Positions 51,482 to 54,297 of a stretch of 54,297 nucleotides of DNA are shown one piece after another; the first letter of the stretch is position 1, and every line of letters starts with the position of its first letter. Position numbers and translations under genes: made by a program. The notes under the pieces are model-generated. The model made no database searches. It worked only from the letters and a program-made list of their open reading frames with translations, and had not been told where the DNA came from. Location of the stretch: positions 50,331,933 through 50,386,229 of the forward strand of contig NC_068992.1 in the NCBI RefSeq assembly GCF_001194135.2, written 5' to 3'. The DNA comes from Octopus bimaculoides. Taxonomy: Eukaryota.

Positions 51482-52504
51482 TTCCATACCACATATGTTC
51501 GTAAATGTGTTTGTTTATTATATATATTTTTTGTTTACGAGATTTGAAATTATTTTATATTTTTTTATTAGCAGCATAAAAGAAATTTTCTGTATTCAAA
51601 ACTAGTTTTAAAATGTTTACATCTATGTATTGTTGCTTGAATGGCAAGTGTAAATAGCTGATGGGTACACNNNNNNNNNNNNNNNNNNNNNNNNNNNNNN
51701 NNNNNNNNNNNNNNNNNNNNNNNNNNNNNNNNNNNNNNNNNNNNNNNNNNNNNNNNNNNNNNNNNNNNNNNNNNNNNNNNNNNNNNNNNNNNNNNNNNNN
51801 NNNNNNNNNNNNNNNNNNNNNNNNNNNNNNNNNNNNNNNNNNNNNNNNNNNNNNNNNNNNNNNNNNNNNNNNNNNNNNNNNNNNNNNNNNNNNNNNNNNN
51901 NNNNNNNNNNNNNNNNNNNNNNNNNNNNNNNNNNNNNNNNNNNNNNNNNNNNNNNNNNNNNNNNNNNNNNNNNNNNNNNNNNNNNNNNNNNNNNNNNNNN
52001 NNNNNNNNNNNNNNNNNNNNNNNNNNNNNNNNNNNNNNNNNNNNNNNNNNNNNNNNNNNNNNNNNNNNNNNNNNNNNNNNNNNNNNNNNNNNNNNNNNNN
52101 NNNNNNNNNNNNNNNNNNNNNNNNNNNNNNNNNNNNNNNNNNNNNNNNNNNNNNNNNNNNNNNNNNNNNNNNNNNNNNNNNNNNNNNNNNNNNNNNNNNN
52201 NNNNNNNNNNNNNNNNNNNNNNNNNNNNNNNNNNNNATATATACTAAACATTATTGTTATTTTACAGCATAACATTAACGTATGTCTTTTAGCAATTTAA
52301 AAACTTTTCGATAGTTAAATTAGATCTAGCAACAAACAGATATTGCATGCATACATAATTATATCAATACGGTGAAGAAAAAATATTGTTACCTAGGAAT
52401 ACAATGTGTAAGTCAGCTCGCGATATTTATTCAACCAGATGTGAGCTAGGAAAAGGCTGGCTATATGAAGTATATGAGGGAAAAAGTTCACAAGAATTAT
52501 TATA

Positions 52505-52620
52505 TCGTAAGATGATATATAGCTGTGAGACATGGGTTGGAAACGTACAGAATTTTATAAGGTACGTGTACGAAATGTGATAGTGGATAGTAGTGAGATA
52601 TGTGTATGTGCCTTTGGTAA
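52505..52620 (+). mobile_element. Possible RTE LINE relic
   Basis: MIYSCETW resembles the RTE LLYGCETW motif; short match. Confidence 0.3.
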
Positions 52621-52689
52621 AGATGTCGGCAATCATGGACTTCTATGTCTTCATGTGTCCTCAGATAAATTAGGGAATTATTGGACCGG

Positions 52690-52900
52690 TGTTTCTGAAG
52701 CCGGACGTAATACTATAGAGTATCTTCGTTCTCTTATTTCCCAGCTTCTTCCTTTCGATTTTCCGGTTACCAACAAACGCTCAATACCTTTTCTCCTCAA
52801 ATGATGTTCAATCAGTTAGTCACGCTGTATCCTAATGTTTTTGAGATGCTTTCTGCTAGTCAGGTTCCATGCAATACTCAGTGAACGTAGTAGAGAAGAT
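52690..52900 (-). mobile_element. RTE-clade LINE 3' ORF relic
   Basis: KNIRIQRD*LIEHHLRRKGIERLLVTGKSKGR resembles the RTE C-terminal GHIxRRxGLExLxxTGKIEGxR. Confidence 0.5.
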
Positions 52901-53114
52901 TTGAGGTCTGTGCGAACGTTCTGCGTGTGAGATTGTTATGCAAAATATAGTGAATATAAAAAAGGCAAAGACCCCTTCAATCACAAATGACCATGAGATT
53001 GCACCTAGCAACTTCATCTCCGAGGCACGATTGAGAGACATCAGGATCTAGTCACATCTTACGTAGAGTACATTGAAATCCTTACTAATATCAAAACAAA
53101 CTACAGCACGTACT

Positions 53115-53330
53115 TGGGTTTCGGAGGTGTATGGAGTTTGTCGATTACATCGTCACCATTACTTAGTTGGTATCTTATCGATACCAGATAAAATTGTTGG
53201 TATTCTATCCATACCAGAAGGATGAAAAGCAAAGCTGACCTTGGTGGGTTTTGAACTCAGAAATCAAAGAGTCAGAATAACTTTTGCAATGCATTAGATT
53301 CAACATTATAACGATTTTGTAGTATATAGA
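53115..53330 (-). mobile_element. SINE family D, decayed, with a small internal duplication
   Basis: GAAGGATGAAAAGCAAAGCTGACCTTGGTGGGTTTTGAACTCAGAA. Confidence 0.6.
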
Positions 53331-53361
53331 GCTGCTGTTCCACAGAAAAAATCATGTAAAA

Positions 53362-53398
<37 letters not shown>

Positions 53399-53699
53399 NN
53401 NNNNNNNNNNNNNNNNNNNNNNNNNNNNNNNNNNNNNNNNNNNNNNNNNNNNNNNNNNNNNNNNNNNNNNNNNNNNNNNNNNNNNNNNNNNNNNNNNNNN
53501 NNNNNNNNNNNNNNNNNNNNNNNNNNNNNNNNNNNNNNNNNNNNNNNNNNNNNNNNNNNNNNNNNNNNNNNNNNNNNNNNNNNNNNNNNNNNNNNNNNNN
53601 NNNNNNNNNNNNNNNNNNNNNNNNNNNNNNNNNNNNNNNNNNATATATATATACACATACATACATGTATGTATGTATGTATGAATATACATTCATACA

Positions 53700-53858
53700 A
53701 CGGGCTAACACAAAGTTTCCGTCGACCAAATTCAATTGCAAGTTCATTGGTCCGCCCAAAGCCATGGTAGAAGACATTTGTTCAAGATATCGTGAAGTAG
53801 GGCTGAACCTGAAAACACACGGTTGCAAACCAACCTTTTTAACACTGAGCCATGCCTG
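53700..53858 (-). mobile_element. SINE family B, 5' half
   Basis: AGTTTCCGTCGACCAAATTC...GTAGAAGACATTTGTTCAAG...GGGCTGAACCTG. Confidence 0.65.
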
Positions 53859-54228
53859 ATATAGGTATATACTTTCTCGAAAAGCTTTGTTTCGTTAAAT
53901 CAGAAAGAACACGTTTGATCAAGCGATTTCAACTGCAAACTATGAAAGCACTGTGAAAATATGTAAAACATTCGAAAAGTTTAGTATAGAGCATGACGTA
54001 TATATGCAATGACATCAACACATGTACACATATGCGCATGTGTACACACGTACATGAATACATGCATGTATGCGTGCACACACTCACACCAGATGGAACT
54101 ACTTTGTGGATGTCTAAATTTCAGAGACAGTCTGGCCTCTAGTCCAGAACCGGAGAGAAAATTGCAAGACTGGGAAAACACACATACATACATTTATAGA
54201 TAGATAGATAGATAGATAGATACATACA

Positions 54229-54260
<32 letters not shown>

Positions 54261-54297
54261 CATAGCACATGCATACGTACGTATACATACTACGATA

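Noticed and set aside
894-54203. Dozens of ORFs rich in Y/I/C/V/H/T, poly-Ile, poly-Tyr, poly-Ser or X
   Set aside because: They are translations of (TA)n, (CA)n, (ATT)n and (TAC)n microsatellites or of N gaps, not genes.
1-54297. CRISPR arrays, rRNA genes, prokaryotic operons
   Set aside because: No regularly spaced repeat-spacer array, rRNA-like sequence or gene-dense region is present; the DNA is eukaryotic and repeat-rich.

Overview
AT-rich, microsatellite-dense eukaryotic scaffold with many N gaps. The SINE repertoire and repeat style point to an octopus (coleoid cephalopod) genome; this is inferred from recalled repeat families, not from a database search. There is no long protein-coding ORF: almost all ORFs in the track are translations of simple repeats, gaps or SINEs. 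The window reads as intronic or intergenic DNA containing at least four tRNA-derived SINE families, a truncated mariner transposase bracketed by a 198-bp direct duplication, and decayed mariner/Tc1, RTE, CR1/L2-group and Penelope-like relics. A few isolated splice-site-bounded exon candidates are present, the best being 28109-28273 on the minus strand, which is weakly alpha2delta/CACHD1-like. The most notable unannotated signals are two different minimal type-I hammerhead ribozyme motifs about 1.35 kb apart on opposite strands (47342-47384 minus; 48719-48766 plus). The second caps a long stem inside a 342-bp unit bounded by 65-bp direct repeats, an architecture resembling a retrozyme or Penelope pseudo-LTR.
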